From contig MU057801.1 of assembly GCA_013265495.1 (NCBI GenBank), positions 2,200,301-2,264,300 on the forward strand: DNA of 64,000 bases, read 5' to 3'. Positions 35,691 to 48,661 of the stretch are shown in pieces. How positions within the stretch are numbered: position 1 is the first letter of the stretch; every line of letters begins with the position of its first letter. The notes beneath the pieces were generated by a model that was not told the origin of the DNA, did no database searches, and worked only from the letters and a program-made list of their open reading frames with translations. Made by a program: the position numbers and the translations under genes. Origin of the DNA: Vicugna vicugna. Its lineage: Eukaryota.

Positions 35691-38600
35691 GGCCCCGTCA
35701 CCCCGCGTCTGGCCATGCAGGGCCGCTGGAACCTCAGGCTCAGCCCAGCCGTTTGAAGCCTCTGGGGGGGGGGCATTAGGCTTGTTTACTTCCCTGTGTG
35801 TCTTCACAGAGCCCCGGGGACAAAGCCAGGGCCCCGGGACCTACCGCGGAGCTACGTGCTCCCCCCAGCCCCCTGCTTTCTGAGCCCTGGCGCAGGAGCG
35901 TCCTCCCAGCAGGGAGGCTCGGCGGGGAGGCTGGGCCCGGAGGGCTGGACGGAAGGCCCGTACCCGGTAAAGCCGAGGCCTCACCTCTGCGAGCCGCCGT
36001 CAGCCAGGCCCAGGGCTCCCCGCACCCCCCCACTCCGCGGGCCTGACCTCGCCGTCCCGGGAGTCCGGTGACTCCCGCCTCCCATGCAGGGGAGGAGGCC
36101 GTGTCACCCGCGCCGGAGTCGATGGGCCGCACCGTGGGCCCCACGGCCCTGCCGCCCAGGACAGGGTCAGCTAAGCCCAGGGTGCGTCTGCGCCCTCCCC
36201 CTCCCTCGGGCGCCTCGTGCAAGACACATGCCTTCAGACAAGAGGAGCTCACCGCCTCTCACGAGGCGGGTGGGCCACCTGCCTGGGACTCCAGCTGTCT
36301 GGGGCGGACGCCCACCGCAGCCCATCGCCTGCCAGCACCTTCCGTGATGGCCAGACGCTGAGCTCAGCCAGAAGGAGCCTGAGTGAGGTCTCAGGACCCC
36401 CAAAACACAATCGCGGGCTGTGTGGGCCCAGAGTGAAGTCGCCTCCCCACATTCCATCAGCCGTGAGGCCCAGAACCGCACGGTGGGGACCACACGGGCG
36501 CCAGCAGGGTCTGATGGTCCTTCTCTCAGCTCAGATCTCAAAGCAGACCCTACAGTCCATGGAGGGACCGAGGCCGGGGACGTTGTCGGGGGCCACTTGT
36601 CCTGAGGGAGGACACAGACACCAGGGGAGACAGTCCCCCACCTCGGCTCCCCGGCAGGTCTAGTGAAGACCCTGGCCAGGGCCCGGGTGCACCCAGTGCC
36701 ACGGACAGCTGGCCCCATCCCAGGAAGCACCCCCTCACTGTGCCTTGCCGTCTGACACGGCCCCCGTCCGGGGCGGAGGGAGCCTGCTCCGTCAGCGGGG
36801 CTGCTGTCCAGCCCGGGCAGACTCTGAGGTCACTTCCCTGGGACTGGCTGAGAACAGCAACTCTTAGTCAAAGTCACAGGCGGTGGTGTCCCAGACGTCA
36901 CCCTGACGTCCGGGCCTCCCTGGGGACAGGGCCTTCCGTGCAGGACAGCCCCCCGCCCAGGCACAGCACCTTGTCGGGTCTGACTAAACGCTTCCAAAGT
37001 TAGCCTTTGGAGGCACGTCTGGGTTAACAAGCATTAATCATGTCCCTCTTAAGTAAAACAGTTGCGCCAACCTGTGTTTTCAGCTAGGGATAGGACCCAA
37101 GCGCTGGCCCACACAGAAGCCGCATTCGGTGAGTGCTAGGTTACTGTTTTGGAAAAGCTGCATGTTCTCAGGCCTCAACCCCAGGCCCCGGGCAGTGCCC
37201 CGGACCTGCCTACGGGGCGGGGGGCGGGGGGCGGGCGAGCGGGGGCAGCCCGGGAAGAGGGGTGCGGCGGAAGTGGGGGGCCCTCAGCAGCTCAGCCCTC
37301 TGCCAGGATCCCTCCACAGGTGGCTTCCCCGCCCCTAACCACACACAGAAAACACCTTGTTGTGGACACTTGAAGTCCACCCTAGAGTTCAAATGTTGTG
37401 AAACTTTTCGTGGATGACTCAGGGATGTGAGCAGCACAAGGAAGAGCACGTGGCCCTGAGTCTCTGCTACTTGTGGTCAAGAGAGGACGCGCAGGAAGGC
37501 CCGGCCACCCCGCCGACACGCAGCTCCACCGACCCAGCAGCCATTTCCGTCTCAAGAAATCGCCAGAGTATTTCCTGGGTGGAAACACAGTTGAGCTGAT
37601 CCAGAGCGACGGGGAGGGAGGAGCCCTGGGCGGCCTCCTGCTGCCTCTGATGCTGCTTCCAGCCCAAGTCCCCGCCCCGAGGAGGCAGGAGCAGGTCCAG
37701 AGGGCAGCAGGGAGGAGGCCAGCCCGCCAGGGCCTTCGGAGCACAGGGGACACGGCTGTTCGGAGACGCGCCCGCTTCACACCCAGGGCGGCCCCATCTT
37801 GTAACCCTTCTCGGTGGGGGAGACCAAACCCAGGGACCACACGCCCCCACTGCCCCACCCCCGGCTGTGCCTCCTTGGGTAAGGAATCAGCTATTATAAT
37901 TCTCCACCAGGTGTGGAAGCAATTCTGGAAAACCTGCTGTGCACCGGCGCCATCATTTGGGGACAACGCTAGGCAGGGGTGTTGAAAAATTGAGGGCATG
38001 CGCATTGCATCAGTGTCCAAAATTTGCCTTTGGCCACATTTACATTTTAAAGAAGAAATGGAATCTAAAAAATAGAAATCGCGTTTTTAAAATTGTTTTT
38101 TGGCAACGTTTCATTTTAATATCTGGGGCTGGAAGCTGTTAAGCTGTTGTCGCATTAAGAGTGACTACAGCTTGCGTGCGGGTGGTGTGTTACCCTGGAC
38201 TTGGCCCTGGAGGCAGCCGCGCCTGCAGCCCGTGCAGATGCGAGCTGGGTGGGAGGGAGCCCTGTGCTCCGAGGCTTCCAGGACAGGCTCTGGGGTGAGC
38301 AGTAGGTCCGTCCCAGTATTTGAACACCCGAAGCAGTTCTTTCCTTTGTTAACTAGCGAGGGTGAGGACAGAGAGAAGGGCTTCGTGTAGCATTTCCCCT
38401 CTTGGGCTGGAGTCCTCCGTGACCAGGAAACAGGAAGGGGGTGAGGCCTGTTTGGAGCCCGGGATGCAGAAGTGCGGGCAGGGGGCGGGGAAGGGGAGCC
38501 GCGAAGGGGCTCGCGAGGCCCCTCCTGGCCCAGGAAAGCAAGCCGCAGGGGTGTGGGGCACCGGCCTCGGGACAATAGGGGAACCCCTCCCAGGGCTGTT

Positions 38601-39242
38601 TCCCAAGGACAGTCTACCGTCCCCATTGTTGGCCTTTCCTCTGGGTGATGAGGCACAGAACGGGGCAGGGGTGCCCTGCGTCTTGTCACCAGTTTCAGTT
38701 TCCGGCCCGGGCACAGCAGCTCTTCCAACAGCAACGCGGGGGGCCTGGCGATGCTGGCCCGCCGGCCCCCCAGGGCTCAGCCCAGCCTCACGGGGAACAC
38801 TCTGGGGTGTCTGCAGCGGAGGGGCAGGGTCTCTCTTCTCACGGCTTATTTCTGAAGCAGCTTGCCTGTGAAATTCAAACCAGAGAAGACTTCCTTCCTT
38901 GGCCGGGCATCCTGCCTTTGAAGGCGGCTGGTGGACAGACGCCTTTGCCGCAGAGGGGAGCGTAAATGAGTCAGGAACAGGAACAAAAGTGGACGTCCAT
39001 CCGTCGGCGAGACAGACACAGGCCCTTAATAAACGAACAGGCTGTCGATGCAATGTGTTCACGTGTTGTGATGAATAAGGCTTCACACCACCTGAATTCC
39101 TCAGAACAAAGGGAGGCCCGGAGGGCGACCCCAGCGGCAGGACCTTCCTTCCCTCCTGTCCCCCCACCACCCTCAGGCCGTCCTCCTCGCTCCTCTCCCC
39201 AGTGTCTGTCCCCACACCTGGCGGGTCAACATCCAGCCCTCT

Positions 39243-39407
39243 GGGGGGAGCGTGTGGCTCAGGGGTAGAGCGCGTGCTGAGCACGCATGAGGTCCTGGGT
39301 TCAGTCCCAGGGCCACCATTAAACAATGAATGAGTCAATCAATCCACCGATTGAATTCCCTCTCCCCAAATAAATAAAGACAATAAAATATTTTTAAAAA
39401 ATAAAAA
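39243..39407 (+). mobile_element. Camelid tRNA-derived SINE (Vic-1 type), long-tail form
   Basis: 'ggggggagcgtgtggctcaggggtagagcgcgtgctgagcacgcatgaggtcctgggttcagtccc' followed by an AT-rich/ccctctcccc extension and A-rich tail. Confidence 0.9.
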
Positions 39408-39830
39408 GCAAGCAAGAAAGCCGTTGAACCCTCTGGACCAAGCAAGGGCTGAGGCTGAGAGCTAACATCAGAATTCTCCTTCTGAGGCCTGTGGGGTGGG
39501 GAGAAGGGCGGGGGGCATAATTTGGAAATCTCATTGCTCGTGTGAGTAAATCTGGTTGCCACAGCAACAAGGAAAGGGAAGAAAAGTGCCAACCAGGGGG
39601 CACCCCGCACTCACAGAGACCCTTCCCCGGGGGCGGAGTTCCCTCTGGGACTTGGGAGGCTCTGCCCCGTCCCGAGTCTCCCCTTGCTCCCCACAGGGCT
39701 CAGGGCTGCGTGGGGGTCACTCCAGGGTATGACCACGAGGCTGTGTCACCCAGGAAGCATCCCAGCCTAACACCACCTCTGTGGCAGGGGCGGGGGCAGG
39801 GGGACAGCTCACGAGCCAGCCCTGAGACAG

Positions 39831-39860
39831 GGGTTAGGGCTAGGGTTAGGGCTAGGGTTA
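39831..39860 (+). repeat. Short interstitial telomere-like array GGG(TTAGGG CTAGGG)2 TTA
   Basis: Directly visible. Confidence 0.75.
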
Positions 39861-41664
39861 ACCTCCAGCCCCCGCTCTGCTTTCACAATCAGGGGTTCAC
39901 TCTGTTCTGATACCAGGGTCTCTGACCGAGGGGGAATTCCTCATGACTGTGCGGTTCACAAGGTGTTGGGCAACCCCAGCACGTGAGCCCGAACACAGGA
40001 AGCGTCTGCCGAGGTGAGCACAGAGCAGGCCTTTGGCCTTAGAGGACACGGCCTCCCTGAGCCCTCAGCTTGAGATGCCGGCCACCCCCGTGCCTAGCTC
40101 TCTCCCCGCTTCCCCTTACACAGGCCTCCCCTCCAACAAAGCCCCCGCGCACTGATCCCCGCTGCAGCACTGGCGCTGACAGGAGCCGCTGGGCTGGCTG
40201 GGGCAGCAGCCTGATAAACAGACCCTGAGACACCCGTACCCTCGGGCGGGGAGCGCCTCCTCCCAAGGCCTTCACAGCCCAGGCCGAGAGAGCTGGGAAC
40301 GCACACTGCGCTGGTGCTAAAGCTGGGCGAACGGGCCTCCGGGGCTGCAGAGGAGGGGGTGGGCAGCCTCACAGCGGAAAAGAGCGAACGTGGGCCGTGA
40401 AGGGCGGGAGAGGAGAGGCCAGGCCAGGCCAGCCCTGCTGAAGGGCAGTCGGTGTAGAGGTGTCACCTTGGGATAAGTGAGGTCAGGCCCTGGCCTCTGA
40501 CCTTCTGGAGGAAGGGGGCCATTTTGATCACCCCCAGCGCTGGAGCAGGTGGGCCCCCTTCCCTCTCTCGTAGCCTGTCTTGTTTCCCCTGCACGCGTCA
40601 CGTCTGTAATTTGGAGTCACTGATGCAGTTGCGTGTTGCGCGTCTGTCTCCACGACCAACAGCACTTGTCACCATGAGCCTGAAACACCTGGGCTTCTGC
40701 CTGCCCCGCAGCCTCGCCTCACCGGCCCCACGGCCAACACGGAGAGGAGGGAGGTCGGGTCTCTCCCTGAACTCTCCAGGCGGATAGACCTGAACTCCCA
40801 GTGGCCCTGGCCTGCTCCTGGGGCAGAGCAGCCTGGCAGAAGCTGCAGCAGTTGGGGCACCAGGGCCCCAGCTCAGGAGCTGTGCTTCGGCACCCCCCAC
40901 CAGGGAGGGACCCTCTGCTGTGAATGCCCTCAGCCCTCCTCCCCACCTGCCTCTGCAAGCTCCCACTGGCCCTTCCTCCCCTGGCTCCGACAGCACGGAA
41001 GGCTGAGCCTGGAGCAGAAAGGCACTGGGAGGTGCCTGGGCCTCCGACTCGCAGGCAGAGGGGACCGTGCCCTCTGCTGGCTGGCCTGTGCAGAGCTGGA
41101 CATCAGAAGAGGGGTCCTGAGCATCTGTCTGCAAACCCGACTGGCTTAGAACCCCTGCTCGGGGCAGGCAGGGCAGCGGGCCGGCCGGCCACACATGGAC
41201 TCACCGCACACGCCCCTCACCTCGTTAGTCTGGCATCACCTCTCTCACAAGCCTCAAAGGAGAAGCAACGCTGATCCTTTATAACCAGACTGCCGACATT
41301 TCCCAAAACGGCATCACCCAGCCCGTCTGACACTCTGTTACACACGGTGCTTTCCCAAAAGTAGATCCAGCCTTTAAAGGTCAACCTGAGCCCAGGGCGA
41401 ACATTCAAAAGAAGCCATGAATCTGACAGCTGGTCCCCCGGGGGCTGCAGAAGTGTGGTGACCGCCTGCAGCCCCCAGCGGACAGCTGTGCAGGGAAGGC
41501 GGAACGGGCTGAGGGCGCCCATGGTGGGGACATCCATCTTTGGGGGTCGTCGTCCCCGGAGCATGGAGGGCAGCAGGGTGGGCCAGAGGTGACGAAAACG
41601 GGCCCAGGGACACAGTGACCTGGAGATTCAGCCCAGAGGCATGTTCGGTCCTGCTTTCCTCAAA

Positions 41665-41830
41665 GCCGTGAGTCTCAGCCAGTCTGCTCACCAGAATCAC
41701 TGGCAAGTTTACAAAATGCTGGTGCCCGGGCCATGCCCCTAGAGGCTGGTTTCTCAGGCCCGCGGCGCTGCCTGGGCCCACAGATTTCACCCAGATGATT
41801 TGAGGGCCCTGCCCCGGGAACCTAACGCTG
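41665..41830. mobile_element. MER5A-like (hAT-Charlie) relic
   Basis: 'ccagaatcactggcaagtttacaaaatgctggtgcccgggccatgccc...cccagatgatt' parallels the recalled MER5A consensus. Confidence 0.5.
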
Positions 41831-43364
41831 CCTCTGACCGGGCTGGGTGACGCCTGCCGGCTGCACGTTACGGCCCCGCGGCCACAGGGACCATGGCCTC
41901 CCGCATCCACCGTGCACTCGACAGGACGCGGGGTCCCGTGCTTCTCTGCGCCATGCTCTGGAGCCCGTCTGGTGGCAGATAACGAGCTCCCCTCCTCCAG
42001 AATGGGGGAAGGAAGCTCAAGCGCATCCATCAGAGTCCTGCCCAGGGAGGCCGGTGAGCGGGGCTCCAGGGCCGCGTGGCCCCCACCCCCCTGCAGAGCG
42101 GGGCTGGCTGTGGGCCCCCACCGCCATCCTGGGCACCTGGCCCTGTGGAAACGCCTCCTTCCCCGACTGTCTGCAGGGCCAGAGGCCGCCTCCCCACCCT
42201 CCCTTCCCAGGTGGCGGCAGGCCTGCTGGTGGGCTGGGCCCCAGGTCGGACCCTGCAGCTCTCGTGTCCCCAGCTCAGGGCTTTTCCAGGGGAACCAGGA
42301 CCCGCTGAGAGATGCAGCACACACGCCTGGAACAGCTGATGGACGAGCGATCGCCCTTCATCCACTGGACCAGGTGTTCCGGTGCCGGCTTTCTGGCTTC
42401 TCCCCGGCTTGTCCGCTACCACCCACACCCTCTGCCCTCCCTCCCTGTGTGTCCCCTACTCCCACCCCATTCCACCCCCGTCCCAGGCCTTTCAAAGAGG
42501 GCTTCTTAAACTCGTATTCCAGCTGCCTTGGCCGCACGCTGAGGCTTTGAGGCGAGAGACTCAAATTTCTCATCAGAACCAGTCTGCGGTGGCCCCTGGC
42601 ACACGAGGGCAGGGGCTGCATCCCCTGTCACCCGGGCCCCCACCTCCTCCCCGGGGACCTCGTGCCTCCGGCTCCTCCGCACACAGACCCCCGCCGAGAG
42701 TCGGGGCCAGGCCACCCCCAGCCTCTCCGTGGCCGCACTCAGCGGAGGTGAGCTGCCGGCTCAGGAAGAGGCCGGCGTCTGGGCCGCCGCCTGCTTCCGG
42801 AAGGCCCGCATGCCGTGTTCCGTGCGCTTCAGAACAATGTCTGGAAGCGGCTCTTTACTTTCTCAAGGGCACTTACGCTCCTGAACTTCAACAGCGCGGA
42901 AAACTTTACTCAGCACCAAAGGATGCCGGACACGGGGGCTTGAGGGCCGGGTCCATGACGACGCGGTGGTTTTACCTCTGGACGTGGGAGGCTCTGAAGG
43001 ATGGTGGCCACGTGTGTCCGGGTGCTGACTGGGGCCGCAGAGACCACAGACAGAGTCCCCTAGCCCAGGGGATTGTGCTCGGCAGGGGTGCAGACAACAA
43101 ACCAAACACGACCGAACGGGGAGAAGCCGGATGGCGGCGGTGGGACTGCGCTGGGCGGCAGGGGTGCCAGGGAGACGGGGCGGCCCCTGCCCCGCAGCCG
43201 GGGGCTCGGCTGCAGAGACCCTGGGCAGGGCTTCTGTGGTCGGGGGGAGATGAGGCCAAAAGGGTCCTCCTGGGGTGGGTGGTTGCTTTATTTTATTTTG
43301 CAACTAACTTTTCAGCTTCACAGAGGTTCTATATACACACAATAAAATATACCTTACAGTGAAC

Positions 43365-43713
43365 TGAAGGGGCAAAACCCACAAGGGGACCAGCAAGACC
43401 TCCCAGGCAGGGCCATTGCCTTCCTGCTTCCGCGCTTCTGTAAAACGGCTTGCTTCTGGGAAAATGAAACTTACCCCTAAAATTCCATGGGTTCCCAAAA
43501 GCTCACTCCTGATTGGTCCATTTCTAACACCTCATTTGCATATGGCACAGACTTAATCAAAATCCAAAAACCTATAAAAGCCTGTACAAACCTACAATCA
43601 GGGTCCAGAGCTTGGAGTGTGAACCCCTCTGGGCCCGCTGGCGTAATAAACCTGAGTTCTCCGGCCCTCCACGTGTCACTTGGTCTCTCGACGGGATCCA
43701 GGTTGCTGTCACA
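43365..43713 (+). mobile_element. ERV solo LTR (same family as 18744-19253)
   Basis: TG...CA termini, ATTGG (43512-43516), octamer ATTTGCAT (43534-43541), TATAAAA (43573-43579), AATAAA (43645-43650); homologous to the minus copy; no PBS downstream. Confidence 0.85.
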
Positions 43714-43749
43714 GCACAATTCAGTAGTTCTGACAAGCTTATGCTTTGG

Positions 43750-44397
43750 TGTAACGCCCAGCCTAATTAAGATACTGACTGTGTCTATCACAGCCAGAAG
43801 TCCCCCATGTTCCCTCAGAACCATCCAAGACCCCCCGACCAGGAAACCACTCATCTGAACAGAAACTGGGCCCAGTGAAAATGAATCTTAGTGCGACACA
43901 GAGGCATGAGTGGGTGACCATGGGGAGGGGACAGGATCTCAAGCAAAGCAGGTGAGGAGGGAAAGGTGATGGCAGGTGGAGGAGGAGGCGGGAAGAGGAA
44001 GTTCCAGTGGCAGGAAACGGCATGGAATCGGGGCCCAGGGAGGAGGCGGGGTGAGGAAGGGCGGAGCTCCCAACCTCAGACACAGCAGGCGGGAGATGCT
44101 CTGAGCCCTCCAGCCACGCCAGGGTACCGCCTCCAGAAGTCCCCGAGGCATCTCAAGGTTATAAATACTGACTTTTCCTTCTCAATAAAAGCGACTTCTT
44201 TGGTATATAGCCAGTACGTCGGCTCATGCCCCAAGTCCCCCCGGCTGCCTAAGATTTATGCCCCTCCCCCCGAGTCTGCAATTAGATCCCCGCTCTGAGT
44301 TCTGCTCCTGAGAACCCGGCTTCCCTCATTCCTCCTCTTTATTCTGCAAATATGACGGAGCGCCAGCTGCGCACCAGACGTGGTCCAAACAGCAACA
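43750..44397 (+). mobile_element. Putative second LTR (betaretrovirus/ERV2-like layout)
   Basis: Begins TGTAAC and ends GCAACA; TATAAATA at about 44158 is followed about 20 nt later by AATAAA and a long U5-like segment. No TSD or PBS found, so boundaries are uncertain. Confidence 0.5.
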
Positions 44398-44560
44398 ATA
44401 AATGGCAGAGAACGTCTGCCCTCACGGGGACAGAGGAGGAGACAGACAGACAGCAAACAACCAAACCAAGCAGAATGGATTCAGTGTCGCGTGGTGAGAA
44501 GTGTTGAGAGGAAACCCAGTGTGCCTGCTGAGGGTGCATAAGAGACGGAGCTCATAGCCA

Positions 44561-44640
44561 CCCCCTCCCCCTCCCCNNNNNNNNNNNNNNNNCCCTCCCC
44601 TCTCCTCCCTCCCCTTCCTCCCTCCCTTCCTCCCTGTCCC
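44561..44640. repeat. Pyrimidine (CCCT-rich) tract with a 16-N gap (44577-44592)
   Basis: Directly visible. Confidence 0.9.
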
Positions 44641-47025
44641 TTAGACTCCAAGCCTCTGCCCCCTCCCTCCCTCCTGTGCTGCCTTATGTCCGCCATGCAC
44701 GTCTCTCCACACCAAGCAGATCTGTGAGCACAGCTTTTCTGGGGAGTACAGCTGTCTCCTGTTAATCTCCCCAAAAAATCTTCTCTATAAATAACTGGGG
44801 CAATTGAGTTGTTTAGAAAACCTGAGGGTTTGCCGAGAGCAAACATCACATTGTTCGCATTCTGACTGGCGCGATTACCAAATGAGTCCTGTTTCCCCAT
44901 CTGATTGTTAAACCTGATATGTCAGCTTCTTTTTGTTAACAAAATCGCTGGGTTCCGCCTGCTACGTGATGTTCAACTGAATTAACAGAGACTGGAGGCG
45001 AAATCTGGGCACAAGGAGCCACCAGGCTCACAGCAAGCTTCCATTCACAGACTAATTAAAGTGGCCGTGATGGCTTTAGGAAACTGGGCTTCTCGGGGTG
45101 TGCAAACGAGGCCTTCTGGCTCGGGAAGAGCTGCGAATAGCTCCCTCTGGCCGCACCGCCCATCACACTGCCCAGCCCTCAGGAAGATATTTTTCTTTTG
45201 AAGCTTTCTAAGCTGTTTTCACTCTGTGGGGCAAGGTTAATAGAAGCAGGCTCTCTCCTCGCTTCACGCTTCCACATTTCCCCAAAGCGTCCTTTGGAAA
45301 ATACAGTGACACCAAACGAGAAAGCATCACCATGGCCGCCCTGCTGTCCGTGGGTGTGGGGACCAGCCCCCCAGCTCTGCTCTCTGGGCTGGACACTGGC
45401 CTGCAGTAAGGCCACGGTGTGGACGTGTTTGGACCGGTCAGCTCGCAAGCAGGCTCTCTGTAAATCCTTGGAGATGTTAAGGAAAGTACTTACACTGTGT
45501 AAATAGGGCCAACAAGTGGGTGGCACCACCTTTAATGACCCCACTGGGCGATGTTCGCCGAGACCACCCAAGGAGGCTTCAGTTCCCTGGAGGGGACAGA
45601 GCTGAGCTTGGCCGGCCATTTCCGACGATTTGAGGTTCGACCCTGTGAAATTACATGGTCCATTAGAGACCAAATCTAGTGCAGATGTGTGTGATTTCCG
45701 CTTTGCAGGAAATGAGCGCTGATACTGCAGACACACCGCCCCTGTGGGGCACTAACTCGCCAGTGCTGCCCCGAGGCAGTGAACTCATCTCCAGACAGCG
45801 CTTCCAGCGAGCTGGAACCCTGACCCTCGCTCAGTTTCTCCTGCTTCCTTCCACTAGTGACCCGGAACGGCGACTTTGAGAGCCAGGGCTGGGACCCAGG
45901 ACACCAGCTCCTACCGGGGTGGAGACAGCCCTTTGTTCCAGGTTCCTGTTTCCGGACACAGGGCACCCCGACCTCAGCGGGACTCGCTCGCTCCCACGGC
46001 CCTGTGGGCCAGCCCTCCGGAGCCTCTGCCGCCGGTCCGCCTGGGCTCACATCTGCAGCTGCGTCGCTGGTGGCCTGAAGGGCCCGGACGGCCCTGGACG
46101 GCCCCCGTCACGGGGCTGGCAGGTGCCACTGGCCGGAACACCTCGGCCCTCCTCCCCCAGCCCTCCTGCAGGCCGGCCCGTTTCTTCACCACCTGGGGGA
46201 GGCCTCAGGATTCCAAGAAGGGAGGGCAGACACTTCAAGGTAACTTGAGGTCTGGACTCTAACCACGTGCTTGTAGAGAAAGTGGGTCAGGAGACCCACC
46301 CAGCGTCAAGAGGTGGAGAGGTCATCCTCGTCCCTGTTCACTGAGAAACAGCCACGCCGCTGCGGGTGTGGCACCACGACCAGGCTGGCTCGCTCCCGCC
46401 CGCTTCCACGCAGGCGGGCCAGGGTCTTCCATCCGCTCTCTTTCCTGCCTCCATTGTAGCCCCATGAAGAGGGGAGACCAGGGGCCCCTTGGAGGAAGCA
46501 GAGTGTGGACTCAGAGGTCCCCAGTCTCAGTGAGAGGGCAGACGTCGCCCCCCGGCCGGCCCCGGGGGCAGAGGGAGCCACAGCCTGCCCTCCAGGTCAG
46601 CAACCAGGGTGAGGGCGACACTGGCTTCAGGGGTCATCGGCCTCCTCCCTCCCAACCCTGGGAAGAGCAGGCCACATGCTGGCCCAAGCCTCAGGGCCAC
46701 ACCGACCGCGAGGACTCTAGAGGCTAACCTGAGGCCAGGGTGCACCGCTGTCAGTGCAGTCCCCACAGCCCTGGAGGTGGACATGGGGCCTGAGGGCCGA
46801 CTCTGGAAGGCCGGCCGTCTCAGAGCAGCCTCGTCAATCTGCAGAGGCCCCGAGCAGCATCGCGGGGTCAGGGCTTCCAGGGTGGGTGACCACGATGAGC
46901 TGGCCCTGCTGTCCCATGGCTCAGAACGGAGCAGCGTGTCTACCTGAACCCAGGGACCCTGCACCTGGTGAAGAGATGGTGTAGACCTGCTTGAGCCGCC
47001 TCAGAATCCTCTGTGGAACAGAGAC

Positions 47026-47086
47026 AAGGAGGGAGGGGTGGGGAGGGAGGGAGAGGGGAGGGGAGGGGAGGGAGGAGAGGGAGGAG
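47026..47086. repeat. GGA/GGGA purine-rich tract
   Basis: Directly visible. Confidence 0.9.
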
Positions 47087-47297
47087 CCTCCCTCCCCCTC
47101 CCCACCCCCACGGCTCCCTGCCCAGCCACACGCGTGTGCAAGTCCAGGGAACGGGATGGGAGAATGAGCAATGCAGGGCTCGGTGGCCCTGCACATCCTG
47201 CCCCTCACGCCCCCTGCCGGCTGCTCTGCTCCACGTGCTCTCCTCCCTGGTCCCTGCAAGATGGTGAAATGACCCTCTTGCCCAACATGCCTGATGG

Positions 47298-47379
47298 GCT
47301 CACCCACCATCAGGCCACAAGAAGACGGACTTCCTGATGACACAACCTCTGCGCAAGCAGGTTGGGACCAGGCACCTCT
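47298..47379. repeat. 82-bp dispersed direct repeat, copy 1
   Basis: 78/82 identical to 48662-48743. Confidence 0.95.
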
Positions 47380-47697
47380 CCACCAGACCCAGCACAGAGT
47401 GGCCCTTGGGAGGTTACGTCTGGGGCACAGGCTGAGGTGGAAAAGGGCGTGGCGGGGGGGGGTGCAGGGCTTGCTGGAAGGGGTCATTTGTCTTGACGGG
47501 GAGGCTGCTGAACGCAGCAAATGACGGGTGAACCCACGCAGTCCCAGCACACCTTCCTGCCACCCCCTCCAGGGTCAGGCCCTCCCGGGAGCAGGCCGCC
47601 CGCCGGTGCCACCGCCCAAGGCTCGGTGTTGGACGCGTGGGTGCAAAGCGGACTCACGGGACCCTGGCCCCCGAGGTGCGGCTGAAAGCACAGGGCC

Positions 47698-48132
47698 TGT
47701 TACCAGGTCCAAACTCGTTCTGCTCGCCGCACCACAGGCCAGTAAATCAGGAGATGAAGCGTTGGGGCAAGGAATAGCGACTTTATTCAGAAAGCCGGCA
47801 GACTGAGAAGATGGCAGACTGATGTCTTGGAGAACCATCCTGCTCCAGTCAGAACACAGGCTCCTCTCACACAGAAAAAACAGGGCAGGGGGTGTGGCTG
47901 GTTGCTGCAAACTTCTAGGTGTTGGAATCCCCTGTTCCTACAGCCGTCCGAGGGGGTCAGGTCAGGGTATCCCTGTAAACCTCCAACAAAACAAATGTTA
48001 TTCTCTGTTCTGCAACTTTGTATCTTTATGCGAGTGCAGCGCTAGCAAGACGAAGCCTGGGGATCAGGGCCCAGTGGCCAGAGCGAACGGAACAGCCCCC
48101 ACGTGGAGTCAGATTTGTTCTCCTCTGTTACA
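47698..48132 (-). mobile_element. ERV1-type solo LTR
   Basis: Minus strand starts TGTAACAGAGGAGAACAAATCTGACTCC and ends GGTAACA; AATAAA on the minus strand near 47785; 4-bp near-TSD ggcc/ggct, typical of ERV1. Confidence 0.8.
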
Positions 48133-48661
48133 GGCTGCGTCCCCTCCTGCGTGGGAGGCTGTGTGAGCCGGGTTCCGATCGCGAATGGTGCTCATAACAA
48201 GATAAGGCCGGACATCTGTGGTGTGTGCAGGTCAAACGAGACAAAACACAGAAGGCGCAGGCCAGCGCCGGGTGACCGTAGAAGGTGAGCTGCTGTTGGA
48301 TTAGCTGCTGTTTATTTCTCCAAAGGAAGAAGGGGCTGTACCTTGGAGGCGTATAAACAAAGCCGTGGACACCACACGGCCCTGAGAGTCAGGTGAGGGG
48401 TGTTGGCGCCATCACACCAGCCGAGGGCACAGCAAGAGGAATGGGGCGCTCCCACGGGGGGCATCACACGGGACCTGGAACGTTCCCTGGCCCTGGGATC
48501 CCAGCCCTGCCAGTGATGGCTCCTGGATGGGGGGGGGTCCCCAGACATGCCCAGTCACCACTTCCTTGAGAAACCCTAGCGTCTCCCCAGGAAATCCCCT
48601 TTTCCACTTCTGCCTGCAGACGAGAAAGGGGCTGCTGCAAACTGTCACCTTCCTGCCGGCC

